Assembly (NCBI GenBank): GCA_965197585.1
Contig: OZ240215.1
Location: forward strand, 2,752,001-2,816,000
Direction: 5' to 3'
Length of the DNA: 64,000 nucleotides
From: Dehalococcoidia bacterium
GTDB lineage: Bacteria > Chloroflexota > Dehalococcoidia > Plut-88900
Position numbers and translations under genes: made by a program
Part shown: in pieces, positions 52,596 to 63,286 of the stretch
Position numbering within the stretch: position 1 is the stretch's first letter
Layout: the number at the start of each line of letters is the position of its first letter
Notes under the pieces: generated by a model
What the model was told of the DNA's origin: nothing
Database searches by the model: none
Seen by the model: the letters and a program-made list of their open reading frames with translations, nothing else

Positions 52596-53629
52596 TCTAG
52601 ACTCACAAACGAAGTGCAACACTTGGTTAAGGTGTTGTCATGGGAAAGAGTTATGGACATGTCACCATTGAAGAGCGATGTGAAGTGGCCCGACTACAAG
52701 CCGCGGGATACTCAGTCCGCCAAATCGCGGCAAGTCTGGATCGCTCGCCATCGACAGTTGCTCAGGAGCTGAAGCGCAATGGTTCAAGAACCCAGGGATA
52801 CGAGCCCAGGTATGCGTACCAACAGGCGCATGCCCGGCGATGGAGCGGGTCCCGGTTGGAGCGGGACAGGGGTCTGCGGGAGCAGGTGCTCTGTCGGCTC
52901 AAGCAGGGCTGGTCTCCGGAGCAGGTGGCGGGTCGGCTGGCGATGGAGTCAGGCAAGAGGGTCATCTCCCATGAGAGCATCTACCGCTTCATATATGGCC
53001 AGATGGCTCGTAAGAAGGAGTATGGGTGGAGACACTACCTTCCTCGAGCCAAGTCGAAGCGGGGCTGGCGAGGGCGCAAAGGGGGCAGTCCTGCCTCCTT
53101 CATGGCTATGCGGCGCCCGATTGCCGAGCGTCCGCAGAGTGCTGCCGACCGCCGGACTCCCGGGCACTGGGAGGCGGACCTGATGCTGTTCAGGACATAT
53201 GAACATGCGGTGCTGACCATGCACGAACGCTATTCCCGCATCCTCATAGCGCTCAGGCCCCCTGGCAAGGCATCCAGGCCCATCGCAGGGGCCATGTCGC
53301 AGGTGCTGGGTCAGTTGCCGCCTGAATGGCACCGGACGGTGACCTTCGATAACGGGACCGAGTTTGCACTCCATTACCGGCTCCACGAACTGGGCATCGA
53401 GACCTTCTTCTGCGATACCCACTCCCCCTGGCAGAAGGGCGGGGTGGAGAACGCTATAGGCCGGTTGCGGCGAACTCTGCCCCGCAAGACGGACTTGGCG
53501 GCGTTGCCCCAGGAGCGGTTTACGCAGATGATTCAGGCCTACAACAATACCCCGCGCAAGTGCCTGGGCTACAGGACTCCGCCAGAGATCTTTTTGGAAA
53601 GCGTGTTGCACTTCAAATGTGAATCCACA
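52596..53629 (+). mobile_element. IS30-family element
   Basis: Left end TCTAGACTCACAAACGAAGTGCAACAC; right end (reverse complement) TGTGGATTCACATTTGAAGTGCAACAC; no TSD visible. Confidence 0.82.
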
Positions 53630-53716
53630 GGGGGTGGCGGAGTCGTAGAGGATTTCGCCGTCTACTACTGTCATGGAGACGGAAAGGTCTCGGATTTTTT
53701 CGCCGGGGGTGTTTAG
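52640..53716 (+). CDS. IS30-family transposase (reads through the right IR into the flank)
   Basis: WSPEQVAGR, GHWEAD, TFDNGTEF, PWQKGGVEN, NNTPRKCLGY. Confidence 0.9.
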   Translation: MGKSYGHVTIEERCEVARLQAAGYSVRQIAASLDRSPSTVAQELKRNGSRTQGYEPRYAYQQAHARRWSGSRLERDRGLREQVLCRLKQGWSPEQVAGRLAMESGKRVISHESIYRFIYGQMARKKEYGWRHYLPRAKSKRGWRGRKGGSPASFMAMRRPIAERPQSAADRRTPGHWEADLMLFRTYEHAVLTMHERYSRILIALRPPGKASRPIAGAMSQVLGQLPPEWHRTVTFDNGTEFALHYRLHELGIETFFCDTHSPWQKGGVENAIGRLRRTLPRKTDLAALPQERFTQMIQAYNNTPRKCLGYRTPPEIFLESVLHFKCESTGGGGVVEDFAVYYCHGDGKVSDFFAGGV

Positions 53717-53818
53717 GATGTCGCCGTCGATGAGGGTGAAGTCATCGTTGGACGGGTTATCCAAATCGCGACTTGCACGGGAGGACAGTCTTATTTCATA
53801 CCTAGGACTTTGACTCAA
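53645..53818 (-). pseudogene. Truncated RelE-like toxin fused to a relic amidohydrolase 3' end
   Basis: YEIRLSSRASRDLD N-terminus joined in frame to 53645-53743, which matches 54108-54206 at 90/99 nt. Confidence 0.75.
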
Positions 53819-53987
53819 GCCTACGGTCCCGGTATTCGGTGTAGGGGGTAGTGCCTTCGATACCGCGGAGGTTGTATTCTTCTTCTGCCTCCTCCGCTAT
53901 TGCCAAGTCCTCAGCGCTCTGGTTGTCTTCGGGGGCCGGCGGCGATGCACCTATATCTTTCATCGCAGACCTTTCTTTTGGACCCAT
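53802..53987 (-). CDS. Putative acidic antitoxin
   Basis: 61 aa, EDLAIAEEAEEEY..TPYTEYR pattern, RBS GGAGGAG, overlaps RelE-like start. Confidence 0.6.
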   Translation of the reverse strand: MGPKERSAMKDIGASPPAPEDNQSAEDLAIAEEAEEEYNLRGIEGTTPYTEYRDRRLESKS

Positions 53988-54051
53988 CTCACTCCTCCGT
54001 ACCGGTCATTGCAGCTACTTCAATGGCGCCCCGACAACTTTCACACATATA

Positions 54052-54075
54052 GTGAACTTCTGATCAGAAGTTCAC
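54052..54075. promoter_or_regulatory. Perfect 24-bp palindrome (operator-like)
   Basis: GTGAACTTCTGATCAGAAGTTCAC between the amidohydrolase stop and the antitoxin start. Confidence 0.5.
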
Positions 54076-54089
54076 ACCCGGCACTAGGT

Positions 54090-55715
54090 TTATAGGGCGC
54101 CGGACTGGTAGAGGATTTCGCCGTCTATGACGGTCATTGAGACGGAGAGGTCGCGGATCTTTTCGCCGGGGGTGTTCAGGATGTCGCTGTCGATGAGGGT
54201 GAAGTCGGCGGCCTTGCCGACCTCTATGGAGCCCTTTTCGTTTTCGAGGAAGACACTGTGAGCAGCGTTTATGGTGTAGCCACGGATGGCGTCCTCGACG
54301 CTGATACGCTCGTCCTTGCCCATGTCCTGCCCCTCCATAGTGACCCGGGACACGGCGGCGGAAATGTTGTCCAAGGGTCTAAAGGAGACCACGGGTGAGT
54401 CGGTGCTGAGGACGATGGGGATGCCGAGGTCGAGCTCCGAGCGGAGGGGGATGAGCTTGCGCGCCCTCTCGGGGCCGAGGTTCGTCAGGAAGCCGTCGCC
54501 GTTGTAGTAAAGATAAGAGGGCTGGGATATTGCCAGGATGCCGAGCTTGGCCATGCGCTCAAGGTACTCGATGGGGTAGCCACAGTGCTCAATGCGGTGT
54601 CGGTGGTCCTCCCTCGGGTGCTCTTTCAGGATCTGTTCCCACGCCCCGACAATCTGGTCCATGGCCTCGTCGCCCTGGCCGTGGGTGCCGGTGTGGAGTC
54701 CCGAAGTGTGGGCATCTTCGAGCAGGTCCTTCAGCTCGTCGCGGTCCCAGTAGGTGTAGCCGTAGGTGTCGGGTGGGTTGATGTAGGGGCTCTTGAAAGC
54801 GGCGGTGCAGCCTATGAGGGAGCCGTCCGAGTAGCATTTGATGGTTCCGCCGGAGAGATATTTGTCGCCCATGAAGCCCAGAACGCCGAGGGCCTTGACG
54901 TCCTTCAGGTGGTTGGACAGATACATGCAGTGGGTCTTGACTGTGAGAAGGCCGCGGTTGCGGGCCTCGACGTAGGCGGGCATTTCTCGGGCGGTGACCT
55001 GGGCATCGACGATGGAGGTGAGGCCCTCCTTGTGGTAGGCCTTGCAGGTGTCCCCGATGATGTCGACGAGCTCGCTGACGGGGGTGTCCAGTCCAGGGTC
55101 GGGGCCGTGGTTTCCGACATCGACCGCGCCCTTGATGACCTCTCGCTGGGCCGAGTCGAGCAGCATACCCGTGACCCGACCCTTTTCGTCGCGGACGAAC
55201 CGGCCACCCTTGGGATCCTGGACGTTGTCGTCGATGCCGGCTTGTTCGAGGGCGATTGAGTTTACGAGAGCGAAGTGGCCGGAGGTGTGGACTATGACGA
55301 CGGGATGCCTGCTGCTGACATCGTCGATCTCCCAGCGGGTGGGCATGCTGGCGCCCGGGTACTTGGCGTAGTCCATGCCCCAGCCACGTATCCACTCGCC
55401 CTCGGGGGTCTCCTCGGCGGCGTTGGCTATGCCGGAGGAGAGTTCCTGGACGGAGCCGACAACGGGGTACCGGGCGTCGAGCTGCTGCATGGTCGAGCCG
55501 ACGTGGACCATGTGGTTGTGTGCGTCCATCAAGCCGGGGAGGAGGGTCTTGCCACCGATCTCGACGATCCTGGTGTCGGGGGGGAGGTGCTTGCGGACCT
55601 CCTCGGCGGGGCCGACGCGCCGGATGCGGCCCTCGTTGGCGTAGACGCCGGTGACTATGGAGTTTTTGGGGTCGGAGGTGAATATCTTGCCGCCGAGGAA
55701 GGCTATGCCGGGCAT
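54090..55715 (-). CDS. Amidohydrolase 3 (YtcJ-like)
   Basis: PGLMDAHNH, KCYSDGS, HGQGD, HRIEHC, STDSP, GKAADF. Confidence 0.92.
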   Translation of the reverse strand: MPGIAFLGGKIFTSDPKNSIVTGVYANEGRIRRVGPAEEVRKHLPPDTRIVEIGGKTLLPGLMDAHNHMVHVGSTMQQLDARYPVVGSVQELSSGIANAAEETPEGEWIRGWGMDYAKYPGASMPTRWEIDDVSSRHPVVIVHTSGHFALVNSIALEQAGIDDNVQDPKGGRFVRDEKGRVTGMLLDSAQREVIKGAVDVGNHGPDPGLDTPVSELVDIIGDTCKAYHKEGLTSIVDAQVTAREMPAYVEARNRGLLTVKTHCMYLSNHLKDVKALGVLGFMGDKYLSGGTIKCYSDGSLIGCTAAFKSPYINPPDTYGYTYWDRDELKDLLEDAHTSGLHTGTHGQGDEAMDQIVGAWEQILKEHPREDHRHRIEHCGYPIEYLERMAKLGILAISQPSYLYYNGDGFLTNLGPERARKLIPLRSELDLGIPIVLSTDSPVVSFRPLDNISAAVSRVTMEGQDMGKDERISVEDAIRGYTINAAHSVFLENEKGSIEVGKAADFTLIDSDILNTPGEKIRDLSVSMTVIDGEILYQSGAL

Positions 55716-55860
55716 TTTTGTCTCCGATTCATAGAGTACTTACGGTTGCGAATACCTATATTACCTGACGACTTAGATTATCACTTACCGCTCCCCAGTG
55801 GGGATGGACCCCGGTTCGGCGCTGGGTGATACGTTCACGGTACACCCCACTCAGCCCCGG

Positions 55861-55982
55861 GAACCCTTACCCCCTTGGTCCCCCTCTCCCTTAGGGCCTT
55901 CAAGGGAGAGGGGGAGATGAGAACAGAGGGCCGCACCTGCGCATTTTGCGCAGGTGCGGCCCTCTAGTTCAGTACTAAGGGG
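55861..55982 (+). repeat. Structured repeat family E, copy 3
   Basis: Outer stem CCCCTTGGT..ACTAAGGGG enclosing two hairpins. Confidence 0.75.
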
Positions 55983-56050
55983 ACGAATGGATTCCGGCTC
56001 GGAGGCCGGATTGACGGCTGTATGGGAGTTTAGTTCTCTCCGCGCGGTGG

Positions 56051-57472
56051 TTATGAGACTGGAGGTCTAGCGTCGGCCCAGGGGAAGGCTTGCTCGTAGG
56101 CGGCGGAGGCTCGGAGGACGGTGGCTTCGTCGCCGGTCTGGCCGATGACGTGGAGCCCGACAGGCATGCCGTCTAAGAAGCCGCAGGGGATGCTGGCGGC
56201 AGTCTGGCCGCTCATGTTGATGGGGAAGGTGTGGGGTATGTAGCCGAGATGTGGCGGCAGCCTCTTGCCGCCGACCTCCTGGGGCGCCTGCCCAACGGGG
56301 AATGCCACCGTGGGCATGGTGGGGCTCATCAGCAGGTCATACTCGTCGAGGAGCTCTTCGAACCGGAGCTTGACCAGGTTCACCTGGTGGAGAGCCTGGG
56401 CCAGGGCGGCCCCACTTGTGGCTTTGCCCTGCTCCAGGCTGTAGCGGCCATATGAAGTGAGCTCTGCGACGTTGGAGTTCAGGAGGTGGCCGTAGGAGCT
56501 GTAGGCGGATGTGCTGAACATGGTCCAGAAGGCTCGGAAGGGATTTTGCAGGCCGACATCCACCTCCTCGACAGTTGCGCCGAGGGACTCAAAATTGCGG
56601 GCCGCGGCTTCGGAGATACGTAGGACTTCGGGATCGACGGGGGTGTAGCCGTAGTCGGGGGTCCAGCCAATCCTGAGGCCCTTGACGCCGTCATTGAGGC
56701 CGGATACGAAGTCCGGGACGGGGGCCTTGAGGGACATCGGGTCCCGGGGGTCGTGGCCCGAGAGCACTTGCAGAAGGATAGCCGAGTCCTTGACCGTGCG
56801 AGACATGGGGCCCGACTGGGAGAACAGGTTGGCGGTGGCAGGGCCTCGGCCGACGCTGCCGTAGCGGGGCACGCGGAGCTGGGTCGGCTTGATGCCGTAG
56901 ACGCCACAGAAGCTGGCGGGGATTCGGATAGAGCCTCCGCCGTCTGAGCCGGTGGCCAAGGTACAGAGACCTGCAATGAGGGCCGCACCCGCGCCGCCGC
57001 TGGACCCGCCGCTGGTGCGCTCGGTGTTCCAGGGGTTTCTGCATGCCTCGCCGAGAAGGTTCTCGGTGGTGCCGGACTGGCCGAACTCGGGGGTGTTGGT
57101 CTTGCCGAGGATGATTGCCCCGGCCTGCCGGACCCGCTCTACGGCGACGGAATCTTCGTCGGGGACGTGGTCTCGGAAGACGTAGCAGCCCATCGTGCTG
57201 CGGATACCCTTGGAGAACTCCAGGTCCTTGATGGATATGGGGACGCCGTGAAGGGGCCCGAGGTCGTCGCCGCGGGCGACGGCTGCTTCAGCATCGGCGG
57301 CCGTCTCGCGGGCGAGGTCGGCGGTGACGGTCAGATAGGAGTTGAGCTTGGGGTCAAGGGAGTCGATGCGGTCAAGGAAGAGGTCGGTGAGCTCTCTGGG
57401 AGAGAGTTCCTTGGAAGCGATCATGTCTCGGACCTGCCAGGCCGGGGCGAATGCGAGATCGGCATTGTTCAT
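56051..57472 (-). CDS. Amidase signature family protein
   Basis: GVPISIKD, GKTNTPEF, GGSSGG, GSDGGGSIRIPAS. Confidence 0.94.
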   Translation of the reverse strand: MNNADLAFAPAWQVRDMIASKELSPRELTDLFLDRIDSLDPKLNSYLTVTADLARETAADAEAAVARGDDLGPLHGVPISIKDLEFSKGIRSTMGCYVFRDHVPDEDSVAVERVRQAGAIILGKTNTPEFGQSGTTENLLGEACRNPWNTERTSGGSSGGAGAALIAGLCTLATGSDGGGSIRIPASFCGVYGIKPTQLRVPRYGSVGRGPATANLFSQSGPMSRTVKDSAILLQVLSGHDPRDPMSLKAPVPDFVSGLNDGVKGLRIGWTPDYGYTPVDPEVLRISEAAARNFESLGATVEEVDVGLQNPFRAFWTMFSTSAYSSYGHLLNSNVAELTSYGRYSLEQGKATSGAALAQALHQVNLVKLRFEELLDEYDLLMSPTMPTVAFPVGQAPQEVGGKRLPPHLGYIPHTFPINMSGQTAASIPCGFLDGMPVGLHVIGQTGDEATVLRASAAYEQAFPWADARPPVS

Positions 57473-57519
57473 GGGGTACCTCCGGTGGGGTGGGGGTGTG
57501 TCGATTGGCGTCTATAGTA

Positions 57520-58680
57520 TCACGCAGGCTCGACCGGCGAGGGCAGGTTCCGCAAGTTGTCTAGGACTTTCTCCAGACGTTTAGCGATAATGTCTATGTT
57601 GTCACTAGCGTCCTGATGCTTGACGATCCAGGCATCTAGGCCCTCATGTGGGTATCTGGTGACGAAAGTGTCATCCTTGAACTCGGCTGCCCACGTCTTC
57701 AGGATTTCGTTTAGCCCAGGTGGCTCGTCCTCATACACATAGTTACTCATGCCGAAGGTGAATTCCTTAGTGCCCATCCAGCCGGAGTAATCGGGGAAAG
57801 GGTTGATCCATGCAAGAGATAGAGGACGGGACCAAGCAGGTGGACGATAGCGAATGCTAAATCCCACGCTTCCCCCCCTTGCTTCGGCACCTTTTTCCCT
57901 AGCGACTTTAACCAAACGCTCCGTAGCATCCCGAACCCGTTCATTCGGCATTTCATCAAGGATTTGATTTATAGTCTTATGGTCCCGCTTTTTAGATGAA
58001 CGGTCAGGGGCGGAGGCTGTACGGCCGATGACTCGGGGAACGAGGGTGCTCCCCTTTTCACCTGCGAATTGCTTGACTTCTACGGCAAGGACTTCCGTGC
58101 GAGGCATTTGTTCGTTGAGGAACTCCACCACTCGGGCGAGTTCACTAGGGATGGAGTCGGCGACGAAGAGGAGACGGAGGTGGGCGGAGCGGAGGTTGGT
58201 CTCGACATCTTGCCAGAATCTCTCTACGTCAGGCTCGTCATCCGGTTGCAGGAGTATTGTCAATTCCTCGCTCGGATCGGTCCCTTCTGACTTGCAGCGT
58301 TCTTCAAAGGCCTGCCGAATGTCAGCGATACCCCAAGTCTGTGTAGCGTGAGCGGCATAGTCCATCATTTGCCCGACAATGGAGCGCCGAATTTCCGAAT
58401 TCTCAGAACGTTTGGCTTCGACCAGGGTGGGTATTGCATCCTGGTCTATCAGAAGGTGGTCCAGAGACCAGCGCTCACTTCCACCCACGATGTCGGCGAT
58501 GCCCTGCTCCCGGCCTATGAGAATCCAGCGTCGAGGGTTGTTGGGATCCATCTGCTCCCCCGACAACAATTTAGGGTATTTGGCAACCAGTTCCTGCAAC
58601 TTGTCTTCCAGAGCGAACCGCTCTTCGGTCATGGGTTCAAGGTTTCCATGTTCGTTTAGGTGATAGATTTCTTCCAGCAT
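57520..58680 (-). CDS. PD-(D/E)xK-like (NucS-like) putative endonuclease
   Basis: EDKLQ..WSLDHLLIDQDAIPTLVEAK..VGQMMDYAA; lower GC. Confidence 0.7.
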   Translation of the reverse strand: MLEEIYHLNEHGNLEPMTEERFALEDKLQELVAKYPKLLSGEQMDPNNPRRWILIGREQGIADIVGGSERWSLDHLLIDQDAIPTLVEAKRSENSEIRRSIVGQMMDYAAHATQTWGIADIRQAFEERCKSEGTDPSEELTILLQPDDEPDVERFWQDVETNLRSAHLRLLFVADSIPSELARVVEFLNEQMPRTEVLAVEVKQFAGEKGSTLVPRVIGRTASAPDRSSKKRDHKTINQILDEMPNERVRDATERLVKVAREKGAEARGGSVGFSIRYRPPAWSRPLSLAWINPFPDYSGWMGTKEFTFGMSNYVYEDEPPGLNEILKTWAAEFKDDTFVTRYPHEGLDAWIVKHQDASDNIDIIAKRLEKVLDNLRNLPSPVEPA

Positions 58681-58724
58681 TCTTGGGTCTCCTCATTCAG
58701 ATCAGTGGCGTGGTTGGGAAAGTC

Positions 58725-59834
<1,110 letters not shown>

Positions 59835-59836
<2 letters not shown>

Positions 59837-59861
59837 ATTCCTCGCGGGGCCGCGAAATGAC
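59835..59861 (+). repeat. Family-D palindrome AGATTCCTCGCGGGGCC.CGGAATGAC (IS110 target)
   Basis: Also at 2217, 11863, 32811 (split by IS481) and 45293. Confidence 0.85.
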
Positions 59862-59873
59862 AGGGAGAGTGGC

Positions 59874-60875
59874 TCACGGCGCTAGCGCGCGGATGACTTC
59901 TTTAGTGCGTTCGGCGGCGTTGGGGCCCGAGGTGCGGGGGGTGATGATGGGGAGGGTTACGCCTGCGTCACGGTAGGCTTGTATGCGGTCTCGGCATTCG
60001 TCCGGGGCACCGACGATGGCTAGGGAGCGGAGCATGGAGTCGGGGACGAGGGACTCGAGCGCCGGGCCTCGTTTGCCTTCCAGGTAGGCGGCTCGGATGG
60101 CGGAGGCCTCGTCGGGGAAGCCGTTCTGTGCAAGGGCCCGGTTGTAGCGAGGGAAGAAGCCAGCGTAGAAACCCGTGGCCTTGCGTATGCCTTCGAGGTC
60201 GGCGGGGCCGTCGGTGGAGACGACGGTGGTTATGAGGTCGGCGATGGCTATGTCCTTGGGGTCACGGCCCGCGGCACGGGCCCCTTCGGCAACTACCTTG
60301 GCGGCTTTGGCTGCGCCGGACAGCGTGGTCCAGGTGAGGATAGTCCCGTCGGTTATTTCGCCGCAAGTGCGGAGCATCTTGTCGAATACGGCGGCGGCGT
60401 AGATGGGGACCTCGGGGTGGAGGGTGGGGAGCCAGAAGTCGAACCTGTCGATGTCCAGGACCGACCCTTTATAGGAGACCTCGCCGTCTCGGAGGAGGGC
60501 GCGGATGACGTCAATGTACTCCCGGAGTCGGGTGATGGGCTTTTCGTAGGGGACGCTGTGCTCGCCCTCTACCTGGACCTTGTGGCTCGAGCCGAGACCC
60601 AGGATGAATCTGCCCTGGGAGAAGTGGTCGAGGCAGGCGGCGGCCATGGCGATGGTGGGGGCGCTGCGCACGAAGACGCTGACAATGGATGTGCCGAGCT
60701 TGATCCTTTCAGTGGCGAGGGCGCAGGCAGTAAGGGTGGTGAACTGGTCGCCGCCGTGGCCCTCGGAGAGCCAGAAGGAGTCGTAGCCGAGCTGGTCGGC
60801 GAGCCGGCAGCACTCGACGACCTCCAAGGGGGTCATGTCCTGGCCGCTAAGGCCTATTCCTAGTGGGGTTTTCAT
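59874..60875 (-). CDS. LLM-class flavin/F420-dependent oxidoreductase
   Basis: GYDSFWLSE, TERIKLGTSI, SQGRFILGLG; start set at MKTPLG. Confidence 0.92.
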   Translation of the reverse strand: MKTPLGIGLSGQDMTPLEVVECCRLADQLGYDSFWLSEGHGGDQFTTLTACALATERIKLGTSIVSVFVRSAPTIAMAAACLDHFSQGRFILGLGSSHKVQVEGEHSVPYEKPITRLREYIDVIRALLRDGEVSYKGSVLDIDRFDFWLPTLHPEVPIYAAAVFDKMLRTCGEITDGTILTWTTLSGAAKAAKVVAEGARAAGRDPKDIAIADLITTVVSTDGPADLEGIRKATGFYAGFFPRYNRALAQNGFPDEASAIRAAYLEGKRGPALESLVPDSMLRSLAIVGAPDECRDRIQAYRDAGVTLPIITPRTSGPNAAERTKEVIRALAP

Positions 60876-61288
60876 GGTGGGGGGATTATACGGGAAGGGG
60901 ATACGGACAAGGGAATCCACAGCACAGTAATCAATTCTGTCATCCTTCGGCTCGCTCATACTTCGACGGGCTCAGCACGAGCGGGTGAGTGGTCGCTTCG
61001 GAGGAAAGGAATCACCCTCACCCTAGCCCTTTGTCAAAGGGTCTAGTGAAGGACTTGCATAACTGGCCGCTTAAACGGGCGTGATCCACCCCTCGCTCAT
61101 ACTTCGAGAGCCTCCCGCCTGAGGCGGATCTGCGACAGCACGAGCGGCCCCACCCCAGGAAGGGGGATTGGGAAGGATTTAGGGGTTGAATGGCTTGACG
61201 GGAACGGGGAAGTCGAGTATTACGGGTCGGGAAATGGAGGGATATTTTGGTCAAGTCTCGAAGAGACGCAGGGAAAGCTGACTGACAG

Positions 61289-61678
61289 ATGAATTTCGCC
61301 GAAGCCATATCGTCCGTAGTGCAGAGCCTAGTGCTGCCATACGGCTACACACTATCCATATGGTCGGCTGGGATATTGGCGGTCTTCAGGTACGGGGCAC
61401 CGAAGCGGGTGGACCCGCTGTTGTTCGTGGTGGGGGCCGTGATCGGCTTCATGGTGTTCAACATCCCGACCTACTGGACGATTTCGGGACAGGAGCAGTT
61501 GGATGTTCAGGTGCCAACTGTGGCGCTGCTGAACATCGTGCCCCTGGCGGCCGTAGTAGTATCCACCCTGCTGATACGGCTAATCCAGAGCGAGTGGTTA
61601 GGCTATTTCCTGAGCGGGTTCAGTGCGACGGTGGTTTACATCGGCAGCCTGAGCCTGCTGCTCTGGGGCTTCGGCTAG
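61289..61678 (+). CDS. Hypothetical membrane protein
   Basis: 129 aa with about four hydrophobic segments, PYGYTLSIW. Confidence 0.7.
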   Translation: MNFAEAISSVVQSLVLPYGYTLSIWSAGILAVFRYGAPKRVDPLLFVVGAVIGFMVFNIPTYWTISGQEQLDVQVPTVALLNIVPLAAVVVSTLLIRLIQSEWLGYFLSGFSATVVYIGSLSLLLWGFG

Positions 61679-62346
61679 CTGCGCTTCGGGATGCGGGGGA
61701 CTAGCCAAGTGAGAAAGGCGTCGTCGCTTCTCGACTGCAGGAAGATCTTCCCGGGCCCCGTGAGCTCGCAGACAAGGCCCTCGCCGCTGAACAGGGTCGA
61801 CTTCAGCCCCCCGACTCGGGTCACCTTGTAGCCAACGTTCTCGTCGAAGGCAACCATGTGGCCCGTATCGACGATATAGGTTTCTCCGTGGCGCAGCTCC
61901 TTGGCATGGATTGCGCCGTAGCTGGAGAGGAAGAGGTCGCCGGAGCCCTGTACCCGGAGTAGGAAGAGGCCCTCCTTCGAGAAGAAGGTCTTTGCGCCGC
62001 CCCACTGGGTGTCGACGGAGATGGCCTTGGAGCAGGCCAGGTAGGCCCCGGAGGTGACCATGATAGTCTGGTTGCGCATGTCCATGTGGAGAACGTCGCC
62101 GGGGAGAGGGGGAGCGAGAGTGATCTCGCCGGCTTCGTCGGCGCGGAACGTGTTCATGAAGAAGCTCTCACCACTGAGGAATTTGCGGGCGAGGCCACCT
62201 AAAAGGCCGCCGCGCGCGGAGGTCTCGATGTTGATGCCGGAGGACATGCTTACCATTGCGCCGGCCTCGGCGACTATTTCATCGCCGCGCTCCATGCTGA
62301 GGACGGCCAGGGCGTAGGAGGGTTTGTAAAGAATTTCGTGCTTCAC
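61675..62346 (-). CDS. TIGR00266 / AIM24 family protein
   Basis: AEAGAMVSMS, GESFFMN, GEG, VDTGHMVAF, GPGKIFLQSR. Confidence 0.9.
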   Translation of the reverse strand: MKHEILYKPSYALAVLSMERGDEIVAEAGAMVSMSSGINIETSARGGLLGGLARKFLSGESFFMNTFRADEAGEITLAPPLPGDVLHMDMRNQTIMVTSGAYLACSKAISVDTQWGGAKTFFSKEGLFLLRVQGSGDLFLSSYGAIHAKELRHGETYIVDTGHMVAFDENVGYKVTRVGGLKSTLFSGEGLVCELTGPGKIFLQSRSDDAFLTWLVPRIPKRS

Positions 62347-62504
62347 TTTTGAACCTCTTTTCGAAAATGCTGATTGAGAGTCTCCGTATATTGTAACGCT
62401 ACGATAGGGGAACGGGTACGACTTTCAACGATGGGCAGGGTGTATCATGACCCCGTCCCGAGACAAAGGGCTGCCCCGAAACCCGGCGCGCAGGAGGTTA
62501 CGAC

Positions 62505-63281
62505 ATGGACTACGAGCTGATCATCTACGAGAAGGCCGACGGAATTGCGACCATCACCCTGAACCGGCCGAAACAGTTGAACGCGCTTAACCACCAGACC
62601 TTCGACGAGATGCTGGACGCGCTGGCGGACGCGGCCTCGGACCCGGAAGTGCGGGTGCTGGTGCTGAAGGGTGTAGGCCGTGCGTTCAGCGCGGGGGACG
62701 ACCTGAAGGGCATGGGTAAGACTTCACGAAGGATAGGCACGGACAAGTTTTCCGTCCAATTGGAGGGGCCGCCGGGGATGGTAAAAGCGCTGCGGGGTTT
62801 CCTGAAGCCGGTGATAGCTCAGCTGCACGGATACGCCCTCGGCGGGGCGTTTGAGGTAGCGCTGGCAGCAGATCTGATCATAGCCGCAGAGGATGCGAGG
62901 CTGGGGATTCCGTACGTGCAGCGGGGCCTGGCGTCGGGGACTTACTCGTTACTGGTGGCCGCCGGGTATCGGAAGGCCTGCGAAATCCTGTTTCTGGGGG
63001 ACTGGGTGAGCGGCAAGGAGGCGGAGCGGATAGGTCTGGTGAACAAGGCGGTCCCCGCTGAGGAACTGGACGAGGCCGTGGGTGAGTGGGCCGGGAGGCT
63101 GGCCAAGGGCGCCACGACATCCATCGCCTACATGAAGAAGTCGATGAATGCGTTCATAGACTGGGATAGGGGTCTCACTTTACAGACACTGATAGAGCAG
63201 CCTGTTTCGGACTCAGAGGATGCGCAGGAGGGGCGACGGTCTTTCATGGAGAAGCGGGAGCCGGAGTTCAAGGGGCGGTAA
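62505..63281 (+). CDS. Enoyl-CoA hydratase/isomerase family protein
   Basis: TLNRPKQLNA, FSAGDDL, GYALGGAFE, EKREPEFKG. Confidence 0.93.
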   Translation: MDYELIIYEKADGIATITLNRPKQLNALNHQTFDEMLDALADAASDPEVRVLVLKGVGRAFSAGDDLKGMGKTSRRIGTDKFSVQLEGPPGMVKALRGFLKPVIAQLHGYALGGAFEVALAADLIIAAEDARLGIPYVQRGLASGTYSLLVAAGYRKACEILFLGDWVSGKEAERIGLVNKAVPAEELDEAVGEWAGRLAKGATTSIAYMKKSMNAFIDWDRGLTLQTLIEQPVSDSEDAQEGRRSFMEKREPEFKGR

Positions 63282-63286
63282 CAGGA

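Noticed and set aside
53645-54206. Diversity-generating retroelement TR/VR pair
   Set aside because: Differences are mostly synonymous and not confined to adenines of one copy; no reverse transcriptase in the window.
61224-61288. Possible c-di-GMP-type riboswitch (GTCTCGAAGAGACGC..AAAGC)
   Set aside because: Only a short hairpin resembles it and the conserved core is not convincingly present; an Rfam scan would be needed.
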